Assembly: GCA_015061565.1 (NCBI GenBank)
Contig: SUWI01000001.1
Coordinates: 21,505-85,504 of the forward strand
DNA length: 64,000 bases
Direction: 5' to 3'
Origin: Lentisphaerota bacterium
Lineage (GTDB): Bacteria; Verrucomicrobiota; Lentisphaeria; Victivallales; UBA1829
The notes beneath the pieces are model-generated. The model was not told where the DNA came from. It made no database searches and worked only from the letters and a program-made list of their open reading frames with translations. Both the position numbers and the translations under genes were made by a program. Position 1 is the stretch's first letter. Each line of letters begins with the position of its first letter. Below, piece by piece: positions 1 to 9,513 of the stretch.

Positions 1-719
1 AACTCAACAAGAATCCGGTCCGCGGTCAATATAAGGAATGGTTTGCGCAAATCGCCGAATGGAAGAAAAAATATCCGTTCAAATACACCCCTGCCCGTCC
101 CGGACAGTCTCCCAAGCCGCAGTATGTGATCGAAACCCTTTATAAATTGACGAAAGGAAAAGCGGTCATCGTCCCGGGCGTCGGGCAGCATCAGATGTGG
201 GCGGCCCAGTTCTATCAGTTCAAATCGCCCCGTCATTTCCTGACGTCCGGCGGTCTCGGTTCCATGGGATTCGGTCTGCCCGCCGCCATGGGCGCCAAAA
301 TCGCCTGTCCCGACAAACTGGTCGTCAATATTGACGGCGACGGCTCGTTCCAGATGAACATCCAGGAACTCGGCACCCTGTTCGCCGAAGATATCCCCGT
401 CAAAATGATCATCCTGAACAACCAGCATCTCGGCATGGTGGCGCAGTGGGAAGACCGCTTCTACGGCTGCAACCACTGCAACACCGTCATGACGAATCCC
501 ACCGACGGACGTTCCTACTATCCGGATTTCGTGACGATCGCCAAAGGCTACAACATTCCCGGACGGACGGTGTTCCGCCGCGAAGATGTGGAAGACGCCA
601 TCCGCGAAATGCTCGAAACCGACGGTCCGTTCCTGCTGGATTGCCATACCGGCTATCAGGAACACGTCCTTCCGATGATCCCGCCCGGCGGCTGCTATAA
701 AGATATAATGACGGAATAA
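1..719 (+). CDS. ilvB: Acetolactate synthase large subunit, C-terminal part (5' end outside window)
   Basis: Frame is open from position 3 (LNKNPVRGQYKEWFAQIAEW...KPQYVIETLY). The M at 126 in the ORF track is an internal GTG. ThDP-binding motif GGLGSMGFGLPAAMGA...NIDGDGSFQMNIQELGT. Confidence 0.85.
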   Translation, partial: LNKNPVRGQYKEWFAQIAEWKKKYPFKYTPARPGQSPKPQYVIETLYKLTKGKAVIVPGVGQHQMWAAQFYQFKSPRHFLTSGGLGSMGFGLPAAMGAKIACPDKLVVNIDGDGSFQMNIQELGTLFAEDIPVKMIILNNQHLGMVAQWEDRFYGCNHCNTVMTNPTDGRSYYPDFVTIAKGYNIPGRTVFRREDVEDAIREMLETDGPFLLDCHTGYQEHVLPMIPPGGCYKDIMTE

Positions 720-737
720 TGACGGAACAGTGACGGA
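709..737 (+). repeat. Three TGACGGA heptamers with exact 11-bp period
   Basis: TGACGGA at 709, 720 and 731. The array spans the ilvB stop codon and ends 9 nt before the comEC ATG. Confidence 0.6.
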
Positions 738-745
738 AAACCGGA

Positions 746-2989
746 ATGGCGAATAAAGTCCTTGATTATAAGAAGTTTATTCAAAATTCTCTGATCCCTT
801 CCGTCAATAAAGAAATCCGCTCCTTGCGGGGACTGACGGTCCTGGCTGCCGTCCTGTCGGCGGTTCTGCCGACGGTTCTTTCCCCCGATTTGCGGGCACT
901 TTCCATCCTGCTGCCGGTTTTGCTGACCCTGCTGGTCTGGCGCTGTCACGGCGCCCGTACCGCTTTTTTCCTTTCGGCATTGCCTGGCCTGGCCAGTTTG
1001 GCAGGACTGTTATTTCAGTTGAATTTTCGTCAGACGGATCCGTTGTCGGCGCTGCTTCATTCGCGAATGACGGCGGCGGTCGAGGCTGAAATCACGGTTT
1101 CCGATCCGTCACTTGACAATGACGGGGGCCGATCGGAGGCCTACCGCCGGATCCTCTGCCGTGTAACGGCGGTGCGTTTCAGTCCATCGGACAGCTGGAT
1201 CAGAGTCAACGCCAAGGTTATCGGCAGTTTTGCGCCGGAAATCAGGGGACTGGCTTACGGAAACCGATGGCTGGTCAAGGGCATCCTGCAGCGTCCCGAG
1301 CCGCCGCTCCTGCCGGAAAGTTTTGATTATCAGGATTATCTGAATCGGCGGGGCATTCATTTCATTCTTCAGGTCCGGGAACTGTCCCGGAACGGGGAAG
1401 AGATCTCATTCACCCGTTTTCTGATCGGGATACGCAACCGTCTGCTTTCCGCGCTGAATTCCGGATTGAAAAATCCACAGGAACAGGCGCTGGCGGCCGG
1501 AATGCTGTTCGGCTGCCGCGGCGAGATCACCGGCGAAACACGGAACATCTTTGTCCAAAGCGGCGCGATCCACATTCTGACGGTCAGCGGACTGCATATC
1601 GGGATGTTTGCCGGCGCGGTTTTTCTGCTTCTGCTGTCGGTGCCGTTCCGTCTGCGGATGGTCCTGACGCCGCTGCTGACCTTGCTCTATGCCTTGTCCA
1701 CGGGAATGCAGATGCCGGCGCTGCGGGCGGTGGTGATGCTGTTCTGCTGGTGTATCCCCCGCGCCCTGCTGCTGCGGGGCAGTGCGCTCAATTCGGTCTT
1801 CCTGGCCGGATCGCTGCTGCTGATCTGGAATCCGTTTCAGCTGAAAGACGCCGGATTCCAGTATTCTTTTCTGTGTGTCACGACCCTGATCGCCTCGACT
1901 TTGCAGGTCAACAGCTGGCTGCAGCTGATGGTGGAAAAACAGCACTGGCTGCCCGATGCGGTGGTGGGAAAGTGGCGGCGTCTGCTGACGCGGCGGCTGA
2001 TCGGAGCTGCAGCCTGCGCGGCGGGCTGTCTGAATGCGTGGCTGTGTTCCTTCATCCTGACCGCATTCCATCAGGGACTGGCAGTGTCGTTCGCCATGGT
2101 CACCAATCTGCTGATCATTCCGGTGGTCTATCTGATTTTCCTGATTTTCACCGCAGGTGCGCTGCCGTGTCTGCTGTTTCCGCCGCTGGGGAAAGTGCTG
2201 GCGCTGCTGCTCGAACTGCCGCTGGCATGGATCGGTTCGACCTGCCGGTTTTTCGCGGAACTTTCGGACGGACGGATCCCGGTTCCGCCGCTGTGGAGCG
2301 TATATTTCGGAATCGCCGCACTCTGGACCCTGTTCGCCTGTCCCGGCAAAAAGCTTCGGGTCGCGGCGATCTGCGGCTTGAGCGCACTGTTCTTTTTCTG
2401 GTGCTCGGGCATCTTTCAGGACCGGTCGGGCGAACTGCTTCTGTTCTACGGCGGCAGGCAGAAAGTTCCGGCGCTGGTGTTCAGCCTGCCGGAGGATGAT
2501 TTTTCAATTGCGGCCAATGTGGCTGACTACCGGAATGCCGCCGCGGCCGCGGATTATTTAAGGCGGCGCGGCCATACCGGGCTGACGGTCCTGATCAGCA
2601 GCGGGACTTCCGGCGGATTCACTTTCGGCGCCCAATATCTGCCGGTCTGGCTGAAAACGGGTCATTATCTGGCCGAGCAGCCGTCCTCCCGCGCAAAGAC
2701 TGCGCATCAGGCAGCGCACAGAGTCGAACGGCAAGGCGGGATCCTCCATTGGCAGAGAGGAAAACATCTGCGCTGGAGTTCAGGCGGGAAAAAAATTGAA
2801 ACATTTGCAGAAAACGGCCGTTTTTCTTTTGACATTTCGAAAAATGAAAATAAATTACATATCTTAGCGGTTCCCGATGTCAATGCGGGGACGGAAGTCC
2901 GGCTTCTGATTCCCGGACAGCCGCCGCGGAAAGTTACTTTGCCGCGGGAGCGCGCTCCTGGGATCATCCGGATGAAGCTGAACTGGTGA
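746..2989 (+). CDS. comEC: ComEC/Rec2 family competence membrane protein
   Basis: Polytopic membrane protein with the competence-domain signature SGAIHILTVSGLHIGMFAG. No obvious C-terminal HxHxDH metallo-beta-lactamase motif. Confidence 0.8.
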   Translation: MANKVLDYKKFIQNSLIPSVNKEIRSLRGLTVLAAVLSAVLPTVLSPDLRALSILLPVLLTLLVWRCHGARTAFFLSALPGLASLAGLLFQLNFRQTDPLSALLHSRMTAAVEAEITVSDPSLDNDGGRSEAYRRILCRVTAVRFSPSDSWIRVNAKVIGSFAPEIRGLAYGNRWLVKGILQRPEPPLLPESFDYQDYLNRRGIHFILQVRELSRNGEEISFTRFLIGIRNRLLSALNSGLKNPQEQALAAGMLFGCRGEITGETRNIFVQSGAIHILTVSGLHIGMFAGAVFLLLLSVPFRLRMVLTPLLTLLYALSTGMQMPALRAVVMLFCWCIPRALLLRGSALNSVFLAGSLLLIWNPFQLKDAGFQYSFLCVTTLIASTLQVNSWLQLMVEKQHWLPDAVVGKWRRLLTRRLIGAAACAAGCLNAWLCSFILTAFHQGLAVSFAMVTNLLIIPVVYLIFLIFTAGALPCLLFPPLGKVLALLLELPLAWIGSTCRFFAELSDGRIPVPPLWSVYFGIAALWTLFACPGKKLRVAAICGLSALFFFWCSGIFQDRSGELLLFYGGRQKVPALVFSLPEDDFSIAANVADYRNAAAAADYLRRRGHTGLTVLISSGTSGGFTFGAQYLPVWLKTGHYLAEQPSSRAKTAHQAAHRVERQGGILHWQRGKHLRWSSGGKKIETFAENGRFSFDISKNENKLHILAVPDVNAGTEVRLLIPGQPPRKVTLPRERAPGIIRMKLNW

Positions 2990-3007
2990 AAGGCGGAAAA
3001 AGAGAAC

Positions 3008-4174
3008 ATGAAAGTATGTCATTTCATAACCCGCATGATCGTGGGCGGGGCGCAGGAAAATACTTTTCTTTCGGCGCGCGGACTGGTGGAGGCCGGACAC
3101 GAATGCGTACTGCTTTCGGGTCCGTCAGAGGGCAGGGAAGGCAGTCTGCTGGCGCGGATGGGAAATCCGGGTTTCGCCGTGGTGGAATCGCCGCTTTTCG
3201 TGCGTGAAATCTCGCCGTGGAAGGATTTGAATGCGATCTACTGGCTGGCGGATTATCTGAAAAAGGAAAAATTCGATGTGGTCCACACCCATTCCTCCAA
3301 AGCGGGGATCATCGGCCGGATCGCCGGGAGAATGGCTGACGTGCCGATGGTGGTGCATACGATCCACGGCCTGGCTTTCGGACCGTATGACGGTTTCCTG
3401 AAGAATCAGCTGTATATCCGGGCGGAACGGTATGCGGCGAAACGCTGCGACCGGATCTATGCGGTCGCCCAGGCGATGATCGACCAGTGCCTGGCGGTCA
3501 ATATCGGACGGCCGGAACAGTTCAAAGTGGTCTACAGCGGGATGGAGCTTGACCGTTTCCTGAATGCGAAACCGGATCCGGCGCTGCGTGCCGAGCTGGG
3601 AATTCCGGAAAACCGTCCCGTCGTCGGCGCCGTGGCCCGGCTGTTTCCCCGCAAGGGATATGAGGATTTCTTCCCCGTGGCAGCGAGGGTGGTTCAGGCG
3701 TGTCCCGATACCTGTTTTCTAATCATGGGCGACGGTCCCATGCGCTCGGAATATGAAAAAAAGGTCGCTGAGCTCGGATTGAAAGATCAGGTCTTTTTCG
3801 CCGGACTGGTCTCGCCGGACCGGATCGCCGAATATATCGCGCTGACCGATCTGGTGGCGCATTTTTCGCTGAAGGAAGGATTGCCGCGGGTGGCAGTCCA
3901 GGCATTGGCGGAAGGCAAACCGGTCGTGGCATATCCGCTGGACGGCACGCCCGAAGTGGTTCTGGACGGCAAGAGCGGTTTCCTGACTCCGCCGGGCGAC
4001 CATGAGGCGGCCGCGGCCGCGGTGGTCTCACTGCTGAAACAGCAGGAAAAACGGCAGGCTTTCGGGGAATTCGGACGCAATCTGGTCCGGGATAAGTTCC
4101 CGTGGCGGAAAATGTCCGATTTCCTGATCGAAGATTACCGGAATTTTCTGGCTGAAAAAAAACGTAAAGCTTAA
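3008..4174 (+). CDS. Glycosyltransferase, GT-B fold (GT4-like)
   Basis: N-terminus KVCHFITRMIVGGAQENT. C-terminal donor-binding region SLKEGLPRVAVQALAEGKPVVAYPLDGTPEVV. RBS GGAAAAAGAGAA precedes the ATG. Confidence 0.8.
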   Translation: MKVCHFITRMIVGGAQENTFLSARGLVEAGHECVLLSGPSEGREGSLLARMGNPGFAVVESPLFVREISPWKDLNAIYWLADYLKKEKFDVVHTHSSKAGIIGRIAGRMADVPMVVHTIHGLAFGPYDGFLKNQLYIRAERYAAKRCDRIYAVAQAMIDQCLAVNIGRPEQFKVVYSGMELDRFLNAKPDPALRAELGIPENRPVVGAVARLFPRKGYEDFFPVAARVVQACPDTCFLIMGDGPMRSEYEKKVAELGLKDQVFFAGLVSPDRIAEYIALTDLVAHFSLKEGLPRVAVQALAEGKPVVAYPLDGTPEVVLDGKSGFLTPPGDHEAAAAAVVSLLKQQEKRQAFGEFGRNLVRDKFPWRKMSDFLIEDYRNFLAEKKRKA

Positions 4175-4193
4175 TTTTCAAGGAGGATAAATT

Positions 4194-5258
4194 ATGTCGG
4201 AAGAACATGGAACCGTTAAAAAAGCAGGATGGGGATGTTTAGGCTGCGGGCTGGGACTGATGTTCAGCATGATGCTGGTGTGCGGACTGATCGTGCTGGG
4301 TCTGGTCTGGATCGGCAGCATGATCCCCGGAGAATCCGCCCATAGCAGTTCGTCTCCGGATGATCCGGACGGCCTCGAAGAGGAGTATGTGACGGGCAAG
4401 CACAATGAAAAATCGAAAATCGCAGTGGTCAACGTCCGTGGCGTCATTACTTCCGATGAGGATTCTTTTGACAACAATATAGCGCATTCGCGTCAGATCT
4501 GCCTCCGGATCCGCCGGGCGGCGTCCGATCCGGATGTGAAAGCTCTGATCGTCAACCTGAACACCCCGGGCGGCGAGGTGGTGGCATCCGATGAGATCTA
4601 TACGGAGATCAAACGGTTCCGGAAGACCGGAAAACCCGCGGTGGCCATGATGAACACCATGGCGGCCAGCGGCGGTTACTACGTGGCAGCGGCCTGCAGT
4701 CCGATCATCGCCAACAAGCTGACCCTGACCGGCAGTATCGGCGTCATCATGTCCACGATCAATTACCGCGGACTGTTCGAAAAGATCGGCCTCCTGGCCG
4801 AGGTCTATACTTCCGGCAAAATGAAAGACATGCTCAACGGCGCCCGCCAGCGCACGCCCGAAGAGGTCGGGATCGTCCGCGAACTGGTGAACAACACCTA
4901 TCTCGAATTCACCCGGATCGTGGCGGAATCCCGCAGGATCCCGGTGGAAAAGATCCGTTCGTCGGAAATCGGCGATGGCCGTATTTTCGATGGCGGCCAG
5001 GCTAAAAAGCTCGGTCTGGTGGATTCGCTGGGATATTTCCGCGATGCGGTCGAGGCAGCCGCGAAAAACGCAAAACTGAAACCCGATTCCTATACCGTGA
5101 TCCGTTACAAGGAATCGTTCAGTTTTGCCAAACTGTTCTCCCTGCTCTCAGCGCGAAGCGGCCTGAAGGGTGTGAACGTGCAGCTCAACGGAACTCCGTC
5201 CGCTCCGGTCTTTACGCCGCAGCCCGGCAGACTCTATTACCTGCCGGCACAGTATTGA
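4194..5258 (+). CDS. sppA: Signal peptide peptidase SppA (36K type)
   Basis: N-terminal TM anchor. ClpP/crotonase-fold motifs NLNTPGGEVVASDEIY, MAASGGYYVAAAC, GDGRIFDGGQAKKLGLVD. RBS AAGGAGG upstream. Confidence 0.85.
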   Translation: MSEEHGTVKKAGWGCLGCGLGLMFSMMLVCGLIVLGLVWIGSMIPGESAHSSSSPDDPDGLEEEYVTGKHNEKSKIAVVNVRGVITSDEDSFDNNIAHSRQICLRIRRAASDPDVKALIVNLNTPGGEVVASDEIYTEIKRFRKTGKPAVAMMNTMAASGGYYVAAACSPIIANKLTLTGSIGVIMSTINYRGLFEKIGLLAEVYTSGKMKDMLNGARQRTPEEVGIVRELVNNTYLEFTRIVAESRRIPVEKIRSSEIGDGRIFDGGQAKKLGLVDSLGYFRDAVEAAAKNAKLKPDSYTVIRYKESFSFAKLFSLLSARSGLKGVNVQLNGTPSAPVFTPQPGRLYYLPAQY

Positions 5259-5259
5259 A

Positions 5260-6294
5260 ATGCCGGATTTTTTCCGCTGGCTGCTGCATGGTGCCAAATC
5301 GGGCAAGCCGAGGCCGCCGGATGAATTCATCTGGTCTCCGGCCAAGCATTTCCTGTTCCGGAAGTGCCGGCGCGCCTGGTTTTTCCGTCATTATCTGGCG
5401 CAGGGCGGCTGGAATACACTGGCCGCCGATCCGGCCATGCATGCCTACCTGCTGAAATATCTGGACACGGCCGATTCCTGGATGAGTTCCGTTGCCGAGG
5501 ATTCGCTTTCCGGCGCTCTGCTGGATATTGCACGGTTTTCCGGCGAAGGCAGGACGCAAGCGCTGACCGAGGCGTTCCAGATCCGGGTGTCAACGCATCT
5601 GATCCACGCCCGCGACGACCTCAGGGAAAATGCGTATCTGGACGACCCCAAATTCACTTCTTTTCAGGAACTTTATTACCACACGGGCGAATATGGTTCC
5701 GCTTTGGAAATGCTTCAGGTGATCCAGAACCGGTTCCGGGATTTCTTCCTGCAGTGGGAAGAAATGCATCTGCCGCAGGAACTGGCTGCAGTCGATCCGC
5801 TGGACTGGCGGCTGCCGCCCGAATACCGGCTCTTCACCTATGCCGGACAGCAGATCTCGCTGCGCCCCTGGATCTATGCGGTCAGCCGGCGCACGGTTTC
5901 CGCTTGGACAGTGCGGTTCGTTTTTTCCTCGCCGGAAGACCGGACCGCGTTTCAGGCCGATGACGATGAATACGGTCTGCCGGAACGGGTGTTCGCGGTC
6001 TGGTGCCAGTACAAATATCCCGATTTCGAGCTGGAGGTCCACAAGATCTGGGTGACTCCGAAGGGATTGATCTGCCATACGGAGATCCCTGCTCCGGCCG
6101 GCGAGGATCTGATCGTCTGCAGTGCCGGCGATATGCTGGCGGTCGTCAATCAGCCGGACAGCCTGAGATCGGATAACTTTCCGAGGCTGGAAGATTCCGC
6201 GTACTGCGCATCCTGCCGTTTCCGCGAACTCTGCGATTCCGAGCCTGTACCACCCGTTTCTGAAGAGGAAACAACCGGGGCGGATTCCGACTGA
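5260..6294 (+). CDS. Hypothetical protein, possible Cas4/AddB-type Fe-S PD-(D/E)XK nuclease family
   Basis: Starts 1 nt after the sppA stop. Has an N-terminal Cys (FRKCRRAWFFRHYL) and a C-terminal C-X2-C-X5-C (YCASCRFRELC), the cysteine pattern of Cas4/AddB-like nucleases. The catalytic D/ExK was not confidently located. Confidence 0.45.
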   Translation: MPDFFRWLLHGAKSGKPRPPDEFIWSPAKHFLFRKCRRAWFFRHYLAQGGWNTLAADPAMHAYLLKYLDTADSWMSSVAEDSLSGALLDIARFSGEGRTQALTEAFQIRVSTHLIHARDDLRENAYLDDPKFTSFQELYYHTGEYGSALEMLQVIQNRFRDFFLQWEEMHLPQELAAVDPLDWRLPPEYRLFTYAGQQISLRPWIYAVSRRTVSAWTVRFVFSSPEDRTAFQADDDEYGLPERVFAVWCQYKYPDFELEVHKIWVTPKGLICHTEIPAPAGEDLIVCSAGDMLAVVNQPDSLRSDNFPRLEDSAYCASCRFRELCDSEPVPPVSEEETTGADSD

Positions 6295-6317
6295 AAATCC
6301 CGATTCCGGGATCCATT

Positions 6318-7217
6318 TCAACTGTCCTGTGAGAATCTTTTCTTCATGCGTTCCAGGAATTTTTCGGCGGCATCGGAAAAGATCCGGTTCTTTTTCCAGA
6401 CGATGTCCAATCCCACTTCCAGTTTCGGACTCAGCGGACGGAAGCACAAATCGCTCTGGCTGGTCGCGTTGATCAGACCGGCCAGCCCCAGCGCACACCC
6501 CATACCTGCCCGGATCAGCAGCGCAGCGTTGAAAATCAGATTGTAAGTCCCCGCGACCTTGACGGCACTGCCCCGTTCCCCGAACCAGTCGGCAATGATA
6601 CCGCTCAGTTTTTCATTGCGGAACGTCTGCCTGGACAGGAACAGCGGCATCTTGGCAAGATCCGCCGGACGAATCGTTTTTTTCTTCGCCAGTTCATGGT
6701 CTTTCCGAAGAATAAGTCCCCAAGTGTCCTTAAGGGGGAGCGACAGACTGTCATAGCGTGAAATATTCGTGGGCTGGATCAGTATTCCGAAGTCCAGTAT
6801 TCCCCGGTCAAGCCGCTCCATAACATCCTCCGCATTGCCGCTGTGCAGATGAAAGCGGACCTGCGGATGATCGGAATGGAAAATATTGATGGCCTCCGCC
6901 AGCAATGAGAGCGCCTGGCTTTCCCCGCAGCCGATGTAAATATCCCCGGCCACGGCACGGGAGCTGGCGTAAAATTCGGCTTCCGTCTGGTTGACGATCT
7001 CCATGATCTCTTCCGCACGCTGGCGGAGCAGCATTCCGTCCCGCGTCAGGGAAACGTGATGACTCCCGCGCACAAACAATTTTTTGCCGAGTTCGTATTC
7101 CAGATCCTGCAGCTGTCTCGACAGGGTCGGCTGGGTGACGTGCAGACTGTGCGCGGCCGCAGTCATGCTGCCCGTCCGCACCACGCTCAAAAAATATTTC
7201 AAGACTCTGAGTTCCAT
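6318..7217 (-). CDS. LysR family transcriptional regulator
   Basis: N-terminal wHTH MELRVLKYFLSVVRTGSMTAAAHSLHVTQPTLSRQLQDLEYELGKKLF plus a LysR substrate-binding domain. Divergent from the 7364-12841 operon. Confidence 0.9.
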   Translation of the reverse strand: MELRVLKYFLSVVRTGSMTAAAHSLHVTQPTLSRQLQDLEYELGKKLFVRGSHHVSLTRDGMLLRQRAEEIMEIVNQTEAEFYASSRAVAGDIYIGCGESQALSLLAEAINIFHSDHPQVRFHLHSGNAEDVMERLDRGILDFGILIQPTNISRYDSLSLPLKDTWGLILRKDHELAKKKTIRPADLAKMPLFLSRQTFRNEKLSGIIADWFGERGSAVKVAGTYNLIFNAALLIRAGMGCALGLAGLINATSQSDLCFRPLSPKLEVGLDIVWKKNRIFSDAAEKFLERMKKRFSQDS

Positions 7218-7262
7218 GTTTTCCTCTCTTCCGGTTTATGAGACAATATACTGTGCCTGTTC

Positions 7263-7277
7263 ATGCTTTTCAAGCAT
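7263..7277. promoter_or_regulatory. LysR-type box (T-N11-A palindrome ATGCTTTTCAAGCAT)
   Basis: Perfect 6-bp arms ATGCTT/AAGCAT in the divergent intergenic region between the LysR gene and the hydrolase operon. Confidence 0.5.
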
Positions 7278-7363
7278 ATCATCATATAAAAACAAAGTAT
7301 TTGCTATTTCACTGCTTCGCATTTATATTACACCCTGGACACTCAAAGAAAGGAAGACACGAA

Positions 7364-8452
7364 ATGAAAAAAATCGGAAGAATCATCGGTCTGGCCCTGC
7401 TGTCGGGAACCGCATTCACTTCTTACGGAAAGGAAATACAGAAAATGACGGACATGAAAAATCCCGGCGTGAAAGACGAGAAACTCCAACTCACAACGGA
7501 ATGGGACAAAATCTTCCCCAAGAGCGACAAGGTCGATCATTGCAAGGTCGTGTTCCACAACCGGTTCGGCATCACGCTTGCTGCCGACCTCTACAAGCCG
7601 AAGGGCGCCACCGGCAAGCTGCCCGCCATTGCGGTCTCCGGTCCGTTTGGCGCAGTCAAGGAACAGTCCAGCGGGATCTACGCCCAGCAGCTGGCGGAAC
7701 GCGGTTTCCTGACCATCGCGTTCGATCCCTCGTTCACCGGCGAATCCGGCGGCACGCCCCGTTTCGTGGCGTCGCCCGACATCAACACGGAGGATTTTTC
7801 CGCCGCGGTGGATTATCTGAGCAACCGCTCCGATGTCGACCCGGAACGGATCGGCATCATCGGCATCTGTGGCTGGGGCGGCATGGCAATCAACGCCGCC
7901 GCCATCGACACCCGCATCAAGGCGACGGCCGCCGTCACCATGTATGACATGACCCGCGTTACCGCCAACGGCTACAACGATGCGGACGACAACCCCCAGG
8001 CACGCCGCAAACTGCGCCAGGCGCTGAATGCCCAGCGCACGAAAGATTATGCCGCCGGGTATTATGAACTCGCGGGCGGAGTGATCGACCCGCTTCCCGC
8101 CGACGCTCCTCAGTTCGTCAAGGAATATTACGATCACTACAAGACCAAACGCGGCTATCATCCGCGGTCGCTCAACTCCAACCGGGGCTGGAACAAGACG
8201 TCTGCCATCTCGTTCCTGAATGCGAAACTGCTGGCCTATGCGGGCGAGATCGAATCGCCGGTCATGGTCGTCCACGGCGAAAAGGCGCACAGCCGCTATT
8301 TCGGCGAAACCGCATTCAAAATGCTGAAAGGCGACAACAAGGAACTGGTCATCGTGCCGGGCGCGGTCCACTGCGACCTCTACGACAATCTGAAGGTCAT
8401 TCCCTTTGACAGGATCGACGGATTTTTCCGGAAATATCTTGGAAAGAAGTAA
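7364..8452 (+). CDS. Alpha/beta hydrolase with signal peptide
   Basis: Start chosen at MKKIGRIIGLALLSGTAF (RBS AAGGAAG). Nucleophile-elbow-like IGICGWGG. C-terminal VVHGEKAHSRYF...VPGAVHCDLY. Confidence 0.75.
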   Translation: MKKIGRIIGLALLSGTAFTSYGKEIQKMTDMKNPGVKDEKLQLTTEWDKIFPKSDKVDHCKVVFHNRFGITLAADLYKPKGATGKLPAIAVSGPFGAVKEQSSGIYAQQLAERGFLTIAFDPSFTGESGGTPRFVASPDINTEDFSAAVDYLSNRSDVDPERIGIIGICGWGGMAINAAAIDTRIKATAAVTMYDMTRVTANGYNDADDNPQARRKLRQALNAQRTKDYAAGYYELAGGVIDPLPADAPQFVKEYYDHYKTKRGYHPRSLNSNRGWNKTSAISFLNAKLLAYAGEIESPVMVVHGEKAHSRYFGETAFKMLKGDNKELVIVPGAVHCDLYDNLKVIPFDRIDGFFRKYLGKK

Positions 8453-8458
8453 GAACAC

Positions 8459-8944
8459 ATGAAGCGCGGGATATTTCGCATAATGAGCAGGGCCGGAGTA
8501 TGCCTTTGCCTCCTCGCTGCGGCGGCATGGTTGTTCGCGGCCTGCTCAAAAAACGAAGGATCTCCGGTCACGGGAAGAAATATGTCTGAAATCAAAATCA
8601 CCATCGCGGGAAAAAATTTCACCGCAATTACGGCCGATACTACGGCTGCGGCAGAGTTTTCGAAGCGTCTTCCGCTGACGCTGCGGATGAACGAATTGAA
8701 CGGGAATGAGAAATATGCCGGACTGCCCGAAAAACTCCCCGCCGATCCCGTATGTCCCGGCAGGATTACCGGCGGGGAACTGATGCTTTACGGAAATTCC
8801 ACGCTGGTGCTGTTCTACGAGCCGTTCCCGACCTCATACAGCTACACCCGGATCGGAAAGATCACGGACATACGCGGTCTGAAAGAGGCGGTTGGACAGG
8901 AAAGCGTCACAGTGACATTTGAAACCATACAAAATAAACGGTAA
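8459..8944 (+). CDS. Cyclophilin-like fold lipoprotein
   Basis: Lipobox LFAACS. Core IKITIAGKNFTAITADTTAAAEF...LRMNELNGNEKYAGLPEKLP...GELMLYGNSTLVLFYEPFPTSYSYTRIGKI is typical of the cyclophilin-like small-protein family found in redox clusters. Confidence 0.7.
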   Translation: MKRGIFRIMSRAGVCLCLLAAAAWLFAACSKNEGSPVTGRNMSEIKITIAGKNFTAITADTTAAAEFSKRLPLTLRMNELNGNEKYAGLPEKLPADPVCPGRITGGELMLYGNSTLVLFYEPFPTSYSYTRIGKITDIRGLKEAVGQESVTVTFETIQNKR

Positions 8945-8959
8945 CCCCAGGAGAACTCT

Positions 8960-9505
8960 ATGAAGAAGGTGCTCATCATTTCCGCATCGCCGCGCAAAAA
9001 CGGCAATTCCGATCTGCTCTGCGATGAATTTGCCAAAGGTGCAATTGAGGTCGGTCACGAGGTGGAGAAGATCCGTCTTGCCGAGAAAAAGGTCGGCTAC
9101 TGCACCGGCTGCTATGCCTGTCAGAAACTCAACAAATGCGTCCAGGACGACGATGCCAATGCGGTCGTGGAAAAAATGCTTGCCGCCGATGTGATCGTGC
9201 TGGCGACGCCGGTCTATTTCTACTCGATGGATGCCCAGCTCAAGGCTTTGATCGACCGGACCGTTTCCCGCTGGAGCGACTTCGACCGCTTCAAGGGCAC
9301 GGAGTTCTGGCACATCATCACTGCCGCCGACACGAACAAGAAGATGATGTCCGCTACGCTGGAAGGCCTGCGCGGCTTCATGCGCGACTGCATGGAAGGT
9401 TCCATCGAGCGCGGCGTCCTCTACGGGACCGGCGCATACGAAAAGGGCGAAGTCCGTGATCTGCCGGTTTTCAAGGAAGCCTATGAAGCCGGAAAATCCT
9501 GCTGA
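8960..9505 (+). CDS. Flavodoxin-fold NAD(P)H-dependent FMN reductase / iron-sulfur flavoprotein-like
   Basis: MKKVLIISASPRKNGNSDLLCDEF...GYCTGCYACQK...VIVLATPVYFYSM. Confidence 0.75.
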   Translation: MKKVLIISASPRKNGNSDLLCDEFAKGAIEVGHEVEKIRLAEKKVGYCTGCYACQKLNKCVQDDDANAVVEKMLAADVIVLATPVYFYSMDAQLKALIDRTVSRWSDFDRFKGTEFWHIITAADTNKKMMSATLEGLRGFMRDCMEGSIERGVLYGTGAYEKGEVRDLPVFKEAYEAGKSC

Positions 9506-9513
9506 GGTCCAAA

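Noticed and set aside
126-719. The ORF-track start at 126 for the first gene.
   Set aside because: The frame is open to the window edge, the upstream residues continue the acetolactate synthase sequence, and codon 126 is an internal GTG. The gene is therefore annotated as a 5'-truncated CDS from position 1.
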